Below are positions 21,494 through 32,317 of a stretch of 64,000 nucleotides of DNA, piece after piece. The stretch is from contig CAVQMM010000001.1 of assembly GCA_963713615.1 (NCBI GenBank), forward strand, positions 1,472,001 to 1,536,000, in the 5' to 3' direction. Both the position numbers and the translations under genes were made by a program. Below the pieces are notes generated by a model, which saw only the letters and a list, made by a program, of their open reading frames with translations, was not told the DNA's origin and made no database searches. Numbering within the stretch: position 1 is the first letter of the stretch; every line of letters starts with the position of its first letter. The stretch comes from an uncultured Chlamydiae bacterium. Its GTDB lineage: Bacteria; Chlamydiota; Chlamydiia; Chlamydiales; JAJFMA01.

Positions 21494-22969
21494 ATGAATA
21501 GAAAAAGACTAACTTTAGCAATATGCAGCATGGTATTAGTCGGTTGTGGAAATTGTTCTAGCAAAGTCAGCTCAATTGTAGGAGATTGGTCGGGAGTTTT
21601 AGATGTCGGTATAGAAAAATTAACTTTAGCTCTTCATATTCAACAAAATCCTGATGGAGCATTGAGCGCAACTGTTGACACTTTGGGAAAAAAAATAAAC
21701 GGCTCTTTAATCGATTTAGTGACATTCGATAAGGGGTCGTTAAGATTCGAGATCAAGGAAGCTTTGACAAAATTTGAGGGGTCGTTAATTAAGAATGAAT
21801 CCGAAATTTCTGGTCAATGGACTCAAGCCGGGCAATCGTTCCTACTTGTATTTGAACGAGGTATAATATCCGTAGAAGCACCAAACCGCCCACAAGAACC
21901 TAAACTTCCACTTCCTTACACTGCAGAGCATGTTTCCTATAGTAATCCAGAGACTGGAGTTACTTTGTCTGGGACTTTGACTTTACCCGCCTCAAAAGGG
22001 CCTTTTCCAGTCGTTTTATTGATTGCCGGGTCAGGACGAATCGATAGAGATGAAACAGTATTTGGCCATAAACCCTTCTTAGTATTAGCAGATTATTTGA
22101 CTCGTCAAGGTATCGCTGTGCTTCGATTCGACAAACGTGGGTGTGGAAAATCAACAGGCAATTACGACCAAGCGACAACTCAAGACTTCTCTGATGACGT
22201 GCTTGCTGGTATTGCATATATTAAATCACGAAAAGAAGTGAATTCAAATCAAATCGGTCTGGTTGGTCATAGTGAAGGAGGGATTATTGCCCCTATGGTT
22301 GCAGCAAAATCAACAGATGTTGCTTTCATTGTACTTATGGCAGGAACTGGCGTAAATGGAGAAAAAATCCTCTATGAGCAGAGTGCATTGGTCCAACGAG
22401 CTGTGGGAGGGACAGAAGATTCTATTAATCAATGTCGAAAATTTCAAGAACAGATGTTCACACTAGTAAAAAAAGAATCAGATCCACAAATCGCTGCTGA
22501 ACAATTGCAAGAAATTGCTAAAAATTACATGGCGACGTTACCGGAAACTCAAGAAAAAGTAACTCTTGAATACTTAAAATCACTAGCAGCTCGTGTAAAT
22601 ACCAAGTGGTTTCGCTATTATCTCGCTTATGACCCGATTATCGCTTTGAAACAGGTGCGAGTTCCAGTATTAGCCCTCAATGGTGAACTTGATTTGCAAG
22701 TATCTTCCCAACAAAACCTTCCTGTTATTACTAAAGTACTAGAAGAATCTGGAATCAAAGACTTTACAACAATTGAACTGCCAAAGCTCAATCATTTCTT
22801 TCAGACATGTGAAACTGGATCTATCGCAGAATATGCAAAGATTGAAGAAACGATTTCTCCATCAGTTTTAAACTTGATTACTGAGTGGGTCTTGGAAAGA
22901 ACGGTCCAAGATAAGGGCGGTTCTTGTGAAGAATTGGAGGCGCTTTGGAAGTTTGATTCGTCTAATTGA
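21494..22969 (+). CDS. exported alpha/beta hydrolase (possible lipoprotein); last about 17 codons come from a MITE
   Basis: RPQEP, GSG..DRDE, DKRG.G.STG, GHSEGG, NGELDLQV, LNHFFQ. Confidence 0.88.
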   Translation: MNRKRLTLAICSMVLVGCGNCSSKVSSIVGDWSGVLDVGIEKLTLALHIQQNPDGALSATVDTLGKKINGSLIDLVTFDKGSLRFEIKEALTKFEGSLIKNESEISGQWTQAGQSFLLVFERGIISVEAPNRPQEPKLPLPYTAEHVSYSNPETGVTLSGTLTLPASKGPFPVVLLIAGSGRIDRDETVFGHKPFLVLADYLTRQGIAVLRFDKRGCGKSTGNYDQATTQDFSDDVLAGIAYIKSRKEVNSNQIGLVGHSEGGIIAPMVAAKSTDVAFIVLMAGTGVNGEKILYEQSALVQRAVGGTEDSINQCRKFQEQMFTLVKKESDPQIAAEQLQEIAKNYMATLPETQEKVTLEYLKSLAARVNTKWFRYYLAYDPIIALKQVRVPVLALNGELDLQVSSQQNLPVITKVLEESGIKDFTTIELPKLNHFFQTCETGSIAEYAKIEETISPSVLNLITEWVLERTVQDKGGSCEELEALWKFDSSN

Positions 22970-23101
22970 GGTAATTGCATAAGTCCGGTAGACCGTTTTT
23001 TTGGCGCCTTTATCAATCTTCTGCAACTACCTCAATTAATCCAAAACGCTGTGGCGAATGACGATTATGACTCCAAAGTGCCCCCAATTCTTCCCAATTC
23101 C
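22919..23101. mobile_element. compact MITE with ISL3-type ends
   Basis: GGTTCTTGTGAAGAATTGGAGGCG ... GCCCCCAATTCTTCCCAATTCC; inner inverted TAATTGAGGTAATTGCA arms. Confidence 0.7.
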
Positions 23102-23240
23102 GATCCGTCCTCATATGCCGTAAGTTATTAAAGCAGGTACCAGGTACTTCCAATAGGAACCAGCTTGCTTTTAATCGCTACGATCCGATAAATTATATGT
23201 ATTGCTTTTCGTTAAATGTTTAATTTTAAATGGCGGATTT

Positions 23241-24254
23241 ATGATTCATTCAGAAAGAATTAATGTAGGTGACTATTTAGAGAGGATATGGTGTGGCATT
23301 AGGGATCTCAAGGCGCAACTCCAACAGGTTTCCGGTAGCCAAGAACAAATTCAACCAATCATCGTCAAGCTCAAAGATCAAAATAGTGAACTTCAGAACC
23401 AGCTTAGCCATCCCCACTTAATTAAAGACTGGCCACATGTCGTGAATCAATTGCGCGGAGAAATCGTGCAAATTCAGAAAGAAATTGAGGGACTTCCATT
23501 TGTTCGTGCTGATTACAATCCGGTTTCCTTTCGGACACAAGAACGTCTAAAACAAGATGTGCTAGATAAGTATAAACAAGAAAAATTTCAATATGTGAAT
23601 GATCCACGACTCTCATCTGATAGTTTATTCGAACTGCAACAAACCATTACTCTTTCAAAGGATACATTAAAGATAGAAGTTGATATGTTTGATGAAGGAA
23701 GAGTTGTACAAGTTTCAAACCCTCCTGTCTTTCTCTATACCGATTATCTTGGTCCTTGCGTAGCTGCAATTGGCAAATGTAAAGTATCAGAATCCTCAAT
23801 GCTAATAGGTATCACACATCTTTATCCTGAATATGAAGAATTTGATGATACGTTAAAACTTCAAGTGAACTTAATTCTAAACATTAATAACACCTGTAAA
23901 AATATAAACAAAAATAGAGTTATTCAAGAAAAACAGTTTACACCACGCAAGTTCATTAGTTTTATTGAAAAATTTTCATTACATACAAGTTATAAAGGTG
24001 AAGCAATTGAGCTGTTTTTTGCAGGAGGAAACGGGAACCTTTATGCTACTTTTTGGAGAGAACTAACTACTGAATACGCAAAAAGTCTTCCACGCGTGAC
24101 TGTGATCGGCACTTGCTTTAATCCTTATCGAGCTACACCCGAAATCCAAGCCAACATACGCTGCGAAAATTTGAGGCTGTCTTTTTTGGCTGGTATTACA
24201 AATTATGGCTCTATTTTTTTACATAAATCTCACGCTATCGATTTTAATTTTTAA
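23241..24254 (+). CDS. hypothetical protein: coiled-coil N-terminus plus possible CheD/CNF1-like deamidase domain
   Basis: LYTDYLGPCVAAIG...IGITH...FFAGGN. Confidence 0.5.
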   Translation: MIHSERINVGDYLERIWCGIRDLKAQLQQVSGSQEQIQPIIVKLKDQNSELQNQLSHPHLIKDWPHVVNQLRGEIVQIQKEIEGLPFVRADYNPVSFRTQERLKQDVLDKYKQEKFQYVNDPRLSSDSLFELQQTITLSKDTLKIEVDMFDEGRVVQVSNPPVFLYTDYLGPCVAAIGKCKVSESSMLIGITHLYPEYEEFDDTLKLQVNLILNINNTCKNINKNRVIQEKQFTPRKFISFIEKFSLHTSYKGEAIELFFAGGNGNLYATFWRELTTEYAKSLPRVTVIGTCFNPYRATPEIQANIRCENLRLSFLAGITNYGSIFLHKSHAIDFNF

Positions 24255-24538
24255 GTATCTAATTTTGATTCCTTATTCAACGAATAATGAAAACCAAGTT
24301 TCTTGCTGAAGAGTTCCAAACTAGAGTTATGTGTATCTATTTTGCCTTGTCTGTAGCCATTTAGACCGAAAAAGGCCTCGAGTTACGGGTGCGTTACGAA
24401 CTTTGGAGTGGACTGGCCTTTCAAGAAATACAACAGTCGAAGAGATGTAATCCATCTCGAATTGACGAATTCTGGCACAATCCCCTTGACAACATCAATT
24501 TTATTATTGATAGTGGTTCGTTCGTGGAGGATTCAACT

Positions 24539-26272
24539 ATGAAAATCAAAACCATTTCTATCACACTTGCATTATTAACTGCTGTAGCCAACCTTTGTTG
24601 CGATACTCCTTATCGATGCAAAATGTCAGGGAACAAACTAGAAGCAGATGTTATAGTAGTGGGTGGTGGTGCAGCAGGTTGCGTGGTGATGAACCAGCTG
24701 TCAAAGAGGGGTCGCTTTTCCGTATTAGGAATAGAGGGTGGTCTAAATTTAACAACTGATCCAGCCATTGAGGCTGTAGGTCTTCCTGCATTGCTCTTGG
24801 CTGGAACAGGAAGGTACAAGTATTTTTGGCCAGGATGGAATCAAACCGTACCCATGCCAGGGCTCAATGGACGCACAAGTGATTGGACCACGGGAATGAT
24901 CTTGGGGGGTGGTTCATCGATTAACGGATTATACTATGGTCGTGGCTCGAATGCTGTGTACTCGCTTTGGGAAGAAGTTTCTGGCAGCAGTAATTGGAGT
25001 CTGACCAAAATTCTGGCAACCTTCAACGCTCTAGAGACATACCAAGGATTGACATTCACACCAGGATCGCGAGGGACCAGAGGTGCTGTCAATGTGCTAC
25101 AAACACCTACATTGTCTCAAATAACAACAAACGTACTCTTACCTGCGTCACAAGCAGCGTTTCCTGGAATTCCAACTGTGGATGACTATAATAATCCGAC
25201 TGTGGAGAATTGCATAGACTCTCGTGCTCAATGGTTTATTGACCCAACAGGCACCCAACGCGTGAGTAGCGCGACAGCATTTTTAAATAGCACAGTGATG
25301 ACGCCGGAAGGTCAAGGAGTTAACGGACATAAGCTATTTATGCTCTTTGACGCCGTAGCTGTGAAGATAGTCTTTAACAAGCATGGGCGTGCGGAAAAAG
25401 TACAATATATTCAGGATGGTCAACTCTTTGAAGCACGAGCTCGGAAAGGCGTTGTTTTGGCAGGTGGCATCAACAGTAGCAAATTGCTACAGCTTTCGGG
25501 CATAGGTCCATCGGAAGCGCTACAGAATGCAGGGATTAAGCCCGTTTTCATCAATGAGAACGTGGGAAAACATCTCCAAAACCATCCGCTGATCTTCATT
25601 ACGCTGCTAGCAGATCCCTCAAGTAATGGCATACCTCCTGGAGCTCCCTATGCATTTACTATCAATAGTGTCTACTTGCCAGCGGTGGGCGGTAGTGCCA
25701 GCGACCCACGAATGTTACAGATTTTGTTCGAATACATCCCGGGTACTGTACAGACACCTCCTCTAGTACTCATTGGATTTGAGCTTTTGAACCCACTGAG
25801 CGAGGGTAGCGTTACCATCCAAAGTGACAACTCATTTCAAATAGCGGCGGCAGACGATGGCTTTTACCAAAATCCTGTAGATCTGGAGAACATGAAGAAC
25901 GCCGTTAAGGTCTATATTCGCAATCTGTTAGAGCAACTAGCCTTGATTGATCCTCCTTACTATCAACCTATTATTACAGACCCCATCAATGCGGTCATCC
26001 TTTCAGGCTATGACGACGCAGTGGTTGAACAGTACGTGAAAAATAACAGCAATCTTTCATTAGATGTACACCACTTTACATCGCACTGTAAAATGGCTCC
26101 TCTGAACGCCGGAGGCGTGGTCGATGGCGACACCCGTGTTTATGGCACAAAGAACGTCTATGTGGTGGACAACTCCATCTGCCCGGTAATTCCCGATATC
26201 AATACAGCAGCAGCAGCTATGATGATAGGGTTACGAAGTAGCGAAATTCTGAAACGTGCCTTGCGCAAATGA
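24539..26272 (+). CDS. exported GMC-family oxidoreductase
   Basis: VVGGGAAG, LGGGSSING, LLQLSGIGP, VGKHLQNH, HHFTSHCKM, GVVD..TRVYG. Confidence 0.9.
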   Translation: MKIKTISITLALLTAVANLCCDTPYRCKMSGNKLEADVIVVGGGAAGCVVMNQLSKRGRFSVLGIEGGLNLTTDPAIEAVGLPALLLAGTGRYKYFWPGWNQTVPMPGLNGRTSDWTTGMILGGGSSINGLYYGRGSNAVYSLWEEVSGSSNWSLTKILATFNALETYQGLTFTPGSRGTRGAVNVLQTPTLSQITTNVLLPASQAAFPGIPTVDDYNNPTVENCIDSRAQWFIDPTGTQRVSSATAFLNSTVMTPEGQGVNGHKLFMLFDAVAVKIVFNKHGRAEKVQYIQDGQLFEARARKGVVLAGGINSSKLLQLSGIGPSEALQNAGIKPVFINENVGKHLQNHPLIFITLLADPSSNGIPPGAPYAFTINSVYLPAVGGSASDPRMLQILFEYIPGTVQTPPLVLIGFELLNPLSEGSVTIQSDNSFQIAAADDGFYQNPVDLENMKNAVKVYIRNLLEQLALIDPPYYQPIITDPINAVILSGYDDAVVEQYVKNNSNLSLDVHHFTSHCKMAPLNAGGVVDGDTRVYGTKNVYVVDNSICPVIPDINTAAAAMMIGLRSSEILKRALRK

Positions 26273-26934
26273 AAAAAAATCACAATAAGATCGTCAACAT
26301 GAAAAAAAGTATTCTTCCACTTATCATGTCATTTTTATTTTTCATGGCAGCTAATGCACAAGGTGTAGTAAAGCGTGATGACAACTTCTTCTGTTATGAA
26401 GACTCCTGCTATGTTGATGAGACGAATGTCTATGCTAAGATTTTCAGCGGTGCTAACTTCTTGCAAAACACGACAATCGAAAACACCAAAACCACATATG
26501 AGACAGGGTATGTTATTGCCGCTTCTTTGGGGTATTATTTGCCTTGTGGTTTGAGCTTGGAAGCTGAATATGCTTTTAGAGAAGATGAGATAAGGCAAAT
26601 CGATTTCTTTGGACAAGGCTTTTCCAATAATGGATATTTCCAAACTTCCTCGTGTATGGTCAACCTATGTTCATGGGGATGTCTATTTGGGAATATCAAA
26701 TCTTTCATTGGCGCAGGCATAGGCTGTGATTTCCAAAAAATGCACTCCTCAAATTCTCGTATTGTTTTTGACCAAGAGTGGAACTATTTTTCTTGGCAGG
26801 CGATGACTGGGTTAGTCTATCCAGTCTCCTGCAATACAGAGGCTACTTTGGAATACAAATTCCATCAGGGAGGCTATTTTAATAACCACTCCATCGGAGT
26901 TGGGCTCGTATATAACTTAGACTTCCTAAGGTAG
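26269..26934 (+). CDS. outer-membrane beta-barrel protein
   Basis: Signal peptide, SLGY..LSLEAEY, IGAGIG, WQAMTG; ATGA overlap with the GMC gene. Confidence 0.7.
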   Translation: MKKNHNKIVNMKKSILPLIMSFLFFMAANAQGVVKRDDNFFCYEDSCYVDETNVYAKIFSGANFLQNTTIENTKTTYETGYVIAASLGYYLPCGLSLEAEYAFREDEIRQIDFFGQGFSNNGYFQTSSCMVNLCSWGCLFGNIKSFIGAGIGCDFQKMHSSNSRIVFDQEWNYFSWQAMTGLVYPVSCNTEATLEYKFHQGGYFNNHSIGVGLVYNLDFLR

Positions 26935-27001
26935 TGCTAAGAGGATAAATCAAAAAAAAGAGTCTAATATTTCGACCATATAATCTACATAGATTTCATA
27001 G

Positions 27002-28227
27002 GTACGTCCTTAAAAAACTATGGCGCTGGCGCGCCACAGCTTTTCAATGTTTTTTAAGTTTCTCCTCAGCATCATGATGTTTAAATTTTGATTGATATTA
27101 GAAGTTCAATCGTAGATACTCTCTCAGTATGAATCTCGAGAATCTCCTCTCTGCATTTCCAGCCGAGGTACGTGAATCAGCCTCCATGAAAGGTTTGGTA
27201 GTTCTTATCCAAACCCTTCTTGAGCAGCTTCAGATTACCCAAGAGCAGCTGACAAAGTCCCAAGAGAAAATTAAAACACTAGAAGATGAGCTGGCAAAGC
27301 TAAGAAAAACACCAAAACGTCCAAAGTTTCGTTCTAATGGAATGCAACCCAGGGATCGAAGCAATGGTTCTGGCGGTCCTTCAAATTCGGTACCTCCTTC
27401 AGATGGCGCTTCTCTGGCAAAAAAAGAGATCTCGGAAATCATAATTACCGCTCTAAATGTTGCAGCAGGCTCCTGATTCAAGGGATATCAGTCATTTGTT
27501 ATTCAAGATCTTGCCCTTGTGGCCAAGGAAATCACCTATAAGTTAGAAGTTTGGCAATCCCCAAATGGCGAAGTTTTCAGAGGTAAGCTTCCAAGCGAAT
27601 TGGAAGGTCAGCATTTTGGGTCAACATTGCCCTCTTTGATCATGCTGGGTGCTGGGTACATATGGAACGTCCTTTGCGCAAAATCATCTGCACAAACGAT
27701 CAAGTGGAGCAGGAACTAAAACAAGTGCGCAATGCCATCTGGACGCTTTATCGCGCTCTTAAAAAAGCAGCCTTAGATCAAAGCGACAATGAAGCCGTGC
27801 ATAAACTATACGACGAGCTTGTCATGATGAAAACAATAAGTCCTGAGATTAATGCGGTTATAGCAAACTTTGCAGCCTATCGTGACGAGATGCTCAAGGC
27901 ATTAGACCATCCAGGTCTTCCCTTACATAACAATGACAGCGAGCGGGATATACGAAGCGTAGCTAAGCGACGAAACATTTCAGGAAGCACCAAAAGTGAT
28001 CTGGGAAGAAAATTTCGAGATGGCCTATTAAGCGTGAAACAAACGTGTTTTAGGCTTGGATATAACTTTTGGGATTATTTGCAGCGATTGTACCATGGTG
28101 ATCCTCCAGATCTTGCTGAACTAGTCCGAAGTCAATATCGAACCTCACCCTGTTAGATGAACGTTTTCTATGTTTTTTTCCTTAGAAAGCTGCGGCGCGT
28201 CAGCGCCATAGCTTTTTAAGGACTTAC
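27002..28227 (+). mobile_element. degenerate IS66-like element
   Basis: About 40-bp IRs GTACGTCCTTAAAAAACTATGGCGCT / AGCGCCATAGCTTTTTAAGGACTTAC. Confidence 0.75.
27129..28156 (+). pseudogene. IS66-like transposase with a nonsense codon (27474) and an internal deletion (about 27630)
   Basis: Coiled-coil N-terminus, HAGCWVHMER, PLHNNDSERDIR..KRR.ISG. Confidence 0.8.
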
Positions 28228-28464
28228 GATAATTGTGTGTATCTGAGTGGAGGGGTGCGCGTTCTGAGGGATCTCAATAGCTGGGAAGTGGTTAATGGCA
28301 TGAGTAGTGAAAGAGTTAATACCAGGAAATTTTTTGAGGTCCATAGTTGGGGAAACATCAATTAATGGGGGAATATAATTATATTTTTGGCTTCTGTCGG
28401 GAAATAGATTCATATCGAATAGCTCTCGTTATAATAATTGATTGTTTAATTTCGTATAGTTATA

Positions 28465-29697
28465 TCAAGTAAACACCACATCATCTGGGATTTCGACAAA
28501 CTGGCTGATAAAGGCCAGATTTTTCGATTCCTTGGGAACCGGAAGAAGGTGGTCACCACTGTTGCGTGGCATGAACATGCTGGTGATATAAGGCATTCTG
28601 CACGGTATGCAGTTTGCCCTCTCAAAGGTTGCCGGATCGAAGCGCAAATGTCCGCATAGTTCCCGCAGAATTTCTTCGCCATTGCAATCGGACATAGGTT
28701 TGGCGACAAAATTGCCGATCCGGTCGGGAGACAACGCATAACCCCAGAATAACTGTACGCCTTCAGGCTGATTCAGAAAGTGTGGTTGATGATGCAACAC
28801 AATCGACATAAACCAATTCGAATCCTTAAATGTAACCAAGCCACCGGTACCAGGCTTGTTGCCGCTGAATTGAATCATTTGATCGAAGAACGTAGGGTCT
28901 TTCAACGTAACAGTAAAAGACTCCCAAAAGGATTGCGCGATGTTGCTATTGAATACAGCTGGGTTGCCGAATTTCGGCCTGTTCTTCGCTATTTTTTCCC
29001 ACAATTCCCAACCATGGCTGTCTTTTTTAGAAAGCTTCACAGGCGCGCTGGCCATCGACCCTAGGCTGGAGGCATCAGTCATCGAGCCGTTTTGGAAAAA
29101 GACAAGATCGCCATCGGGGATGTCAATCACCTCGCGCCTGCCTTGAGATAGCGTTTGAATTCAACAGCACTATGCCAGGGTTGGAAGGCAAAGGTGGTTG
29201 CCCACATATACCAAAATTCCGTCTCGAAAAAGGAGGGCGACAGCCAATCCGTGATTCGGCTTGCACCTAAAAAGTCTTCGTTAGCATTGCTAAGCTTGAG
29301 CAATTCGATCCGATCCAGCATCGAAAAACCCATCGAACTAACTGGTACCTTGGCGCGACGCTCGTCAACCAGTCGCGCCATTGAATTGGAAGCATATTCG
29401 GTATTGAATTCGAGGGTTTCATCATATACGGTTTTACCCTTGTTGTGGAGGGATGGAATCGATTTAAAAAGATCCCACGTGCATTCGTAATTATCGTAGG
29501 TTAGCATGCGACCACCGCGCATCGAGTATCCCTTATCTGAATCTCCGGCGGCATCTAAGCTACCACCCAGAACGGGCAGCGTTTCGAGGATTGATATATT
29601 CTTACCATCCATCTTCCCGTCGCGAATCATAAAAGCAGCGGCTGCCAATGAGCCAATACCACCAACCTACCAGATATGCTTTGATAGTCTTGTTCAT
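28465..29697 (-). pseudogene. oleate hydratase (MCRA family), internally deleted and truncated
   Basis: GIGSLAAAAFMIRDG, GYSMRGGRM, WATTFAFQPWHS, QNGSMT, DSNWFMS, MPYITS.FMPR. Confidence 0.85.
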
Positions 29698-29772
29698 TTG
29701 AATTGCCTCCTTGTAAGGATAATGAAGGGGCCGGAGCTGCGATGTGCGATTCTGGGGCTAGATTCTAATTAG

Positions 29773-30110
29773 GAACCTCAACCGACTACGTCGCCAACGT
29801 TTGTTTTGCACGTCTCCATAATTGGGCCTTGTTCACCTTTACGGTCAGAATTTCGGTCGGACGAAAAAGGTCGGATGTCGTGGTTTGTGACGAGGGCATA
29901 GCGCCAGCTATGTCCGAGGAGCAAAACGCGACAGACGATCCTTTTGCAGTCGACCGAAAACTGACCGCAAAGGTGAATAAGGCCCATAATTGCAATGGAT
30001 TGTTCGCAGTCATGGAATGTTCATGGAATGACTGCGCCACATAGGAGGCCTTGTTACTTTCGGATATTGGCGACGCAGTCGGTTGGGGCTCCAAAGCGCT
30101 TCGCGCCGAG
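29773..30110. repeat. palindromic repeat family B, interrupted by the 160-bp MITE
   Basis: Shares CATGGAATGACTGCGCCACATAGGAGGCCTTGTTACTTTCGGATATTGGCGACGCAGTCGG with the 47250 and 56067 copies. Confidence 0.75.
29825..29984 (+). mobile_element. 160-bp palindromic MITE, copy A
   Basis: GGCCTTGTTCACCTTT...AAAGGTGAATAAGGCC; TSD CATAATTG on both sides. Confidence 0.92.
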
Positions 30111-30485
30111 TTTTGGGTTTGACATAGAAAACTTGACAGACTTTATGTCAATGTTTTATTTTACTTTTAGCGCATGGGAGAAGCCCATTTTGGCTTTGTA
30201 AAATTTCAATTTTTCTATTCTCTGTCTATTTTACCTCGCCCTAGGGGTGATTGGACGCATTCAGAATGTGTGCAACACGAAGTCGCAGAGGAATTGTCTC
30301 TTTCATGAGACAACTCCTACCGCGGGAATTAATCAGGAGCCTGAATAAAGCAACGGATCTGCAAAAAAACAAGATTTTTTAAAGAAAGTGATTAACCTGA
30401 GTTTTTGATTTTTTCGATTTTAGCTTGAGTGAAAGCTCTTGTGATGACAAAATCACAAAATTCATCTCGTTACATGGGGTAAATT

Positions 30486-31049
30486 ATGTTTAAACAAGGT
30501 ATTGGTATAGAACAGCTCAATTTCATAAAGAAAAGTTACGTGAAACTTTTCCTATTGTTATGCGTTTGTTTTATCTATCAGCCGCACACTCTCTATAGTG
30601 GTCAGACCCAAGCATTAATATATTATCTGAACATCTCAGACTTTGCAGATAGTTTTATTGAAATACCAACATCTAATGTGTCAATTGGAAGTTCTACAAT
30701 AAGTTCAACATATCTTGCCGGAAGAGCAGCGGTTTATGATAGTAATAATGTAAAGGTTGGAACATGTTCTGCTTCGTTTTTATGCATGCAAAATGCGGAT
30801 GGAATCTATACAGATATATCAAATTATTTTTCTGTTGATAGTGGATTAATAGTGTCATGGTTTACTCCTACAACATTGATAAATTTAGAATTAGATACTA
30901 TTATAAATTCCATGGTAACTGAATGCATGGTGCTGGCATCAACACAGGTTGGTGTTAATCCTTTTTATGGACAGACCTTTGACTTAATTGTTTCATCGGA
31001 TAGCCAAAAAATCTATTTTGCATTTACAAGAACAGGAACGATTTTCTGA
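30486..31049 (+). CDS. hypothetical exported protein
   Basis: 187-aa AT-rich ORF with a hydrophobic N-terminal segment. Confidence 0.6.
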   Translation: MFKQGIGIEQLNFIKKSYVKLFLLLCVCFIYQPHTLYSGQTQALIYYLNISDFADSFIEIPTSNVSIGSSTISSTYLAGRAAVYDSNNVKVGTCSASFLCMQNADGIYTDISNYFSVDSGLIVSWFTPTTLINLELDTIINSMVTECMVLASTQVGVNPFYGQTFDLIVSSDSQKIYFAFTRTGTIF

Positions 31050-31081
31050 ATTTGGACGTTAGTTGATTCAAATTCAAAGAT

Positions 31082-32163
31082 GCCTCTTGGGAAGGATTGG
31101 GGACGCTTTGGAATCACAATCGCAACTCGGGGCCTTATTCACCTTTGCGGTCAGTTTTCGGTCGACTGCAAAAGGATCGTCTGTCGCGTTTTGCTCCTCG
31201 GACATAGCTGGCGCTATGCCCTCGTCACAAACCACGACATCCGACCTTTTTCGTCCGACCGAAATTCTGACCGTAAAGGTGAACAAGGCCCAACTCGGCG
31301 CGAAGCGCTTTGGGCTATGGACGAAATGGACTAATTGAGGTAATTGCAGAAGTCCGATTCTCCGAAATCAATTTCCTGAAAATCGGATGCCGGTGAAGAG
31401 AGAGTCATTCCCTTCCCAGGCCCGCCCGAAGGGTCGATATTGCAACAGGCCATGGCATCGCCACATAGGCCTCAACCTAACAGGTCTTTTGAGCTTATAT
31501 CTCAATGACTTAGGACTTCACAATCGTATCTCGGCGCGCAGCGCTTTGGAGTGCGGTCGCTTGCGACCGCTTTTCGTTCCTTGGGACGGCAATGCTAAAC
31601 GGCATTGTATGGATTCGTCGAAGGCTGCATGTACTAACTATTTTACCCTTAGGGAATTATAGTGATGCCGTTGCACACGACCGTCGCAAGGAACCCAAAG
31701 CGGTCGCAAGCGACCGCACTCCAAAGCGCTGCGCGCCGAGATACGATTGTTAGGCTTAGGTTGAGGCCTATGTGGCATCGCCATGGTATATGCCAAAACG
31801 GTTTTAGCAGCCTGTAGGGCTGCCATAAAGCGCATGCATAAATGGTGTTTGTAAACTGGCGTCTTGTAGCAGTCCTTCAGACTGCGAAATCCCTTCCTGG
31901 CATATACCATGGCGATGCCATGGCCTGTTGCAATATCGACCCTTCGGGCCTGGGAAGGGAATGGATTCTCTCTCTTTGCCGGCATTCGAGTTTCGGAAAT
32001 TGACTTCGGGAAACCGGACTTCTTCAATTACCTCAATTAGTCCAGAGAATCAACCTTGTTACTTTCGGATATTGGCGGCGCAGTCGGCTGAGGCTCTATA
32101 GCGCAGCACATCTATTCGATGGTTTGTGGAAGCAAAAAGCGCCCCCAGTTCTTCACAAGAACC
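31082..32163. mobile_element. nested composite MITE with ISL3-type ends
   Basis: Ends GCCTCTTGGGAAGGATTGGGG / CCCCCAGTTCTTCACAAGAACC; several concentric inverted repeats. Confidence 0.8.
31131..31290 (-). mobile_element. 160-bp palindromic MITE, copy B
   Basis: TSD CAACTCGG on both sides. Confidence 0.92.
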
Positions 32164-32317
32164 AAATATTTTCGAACCCAAGAACTTTAGAAATCAATCG
32201 CAGGATCGCAGGTCCAGTCCTTTCGTTCGAGAAATTTACCTCTTTTGAATTTTTTCTTTCTGCTATTTACCCTGGATGCTATGGTGACTTCCTTAAATTG
32301 GTCATAAAGGAAGTTTT

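Noticed and set aside
29778..32027. Small ORFs such as MFTFTVRISVGRKR... and ...ALECGRLRPL...
   Set aside because: They are open frames through repeated non-coding elements and recur at each copy
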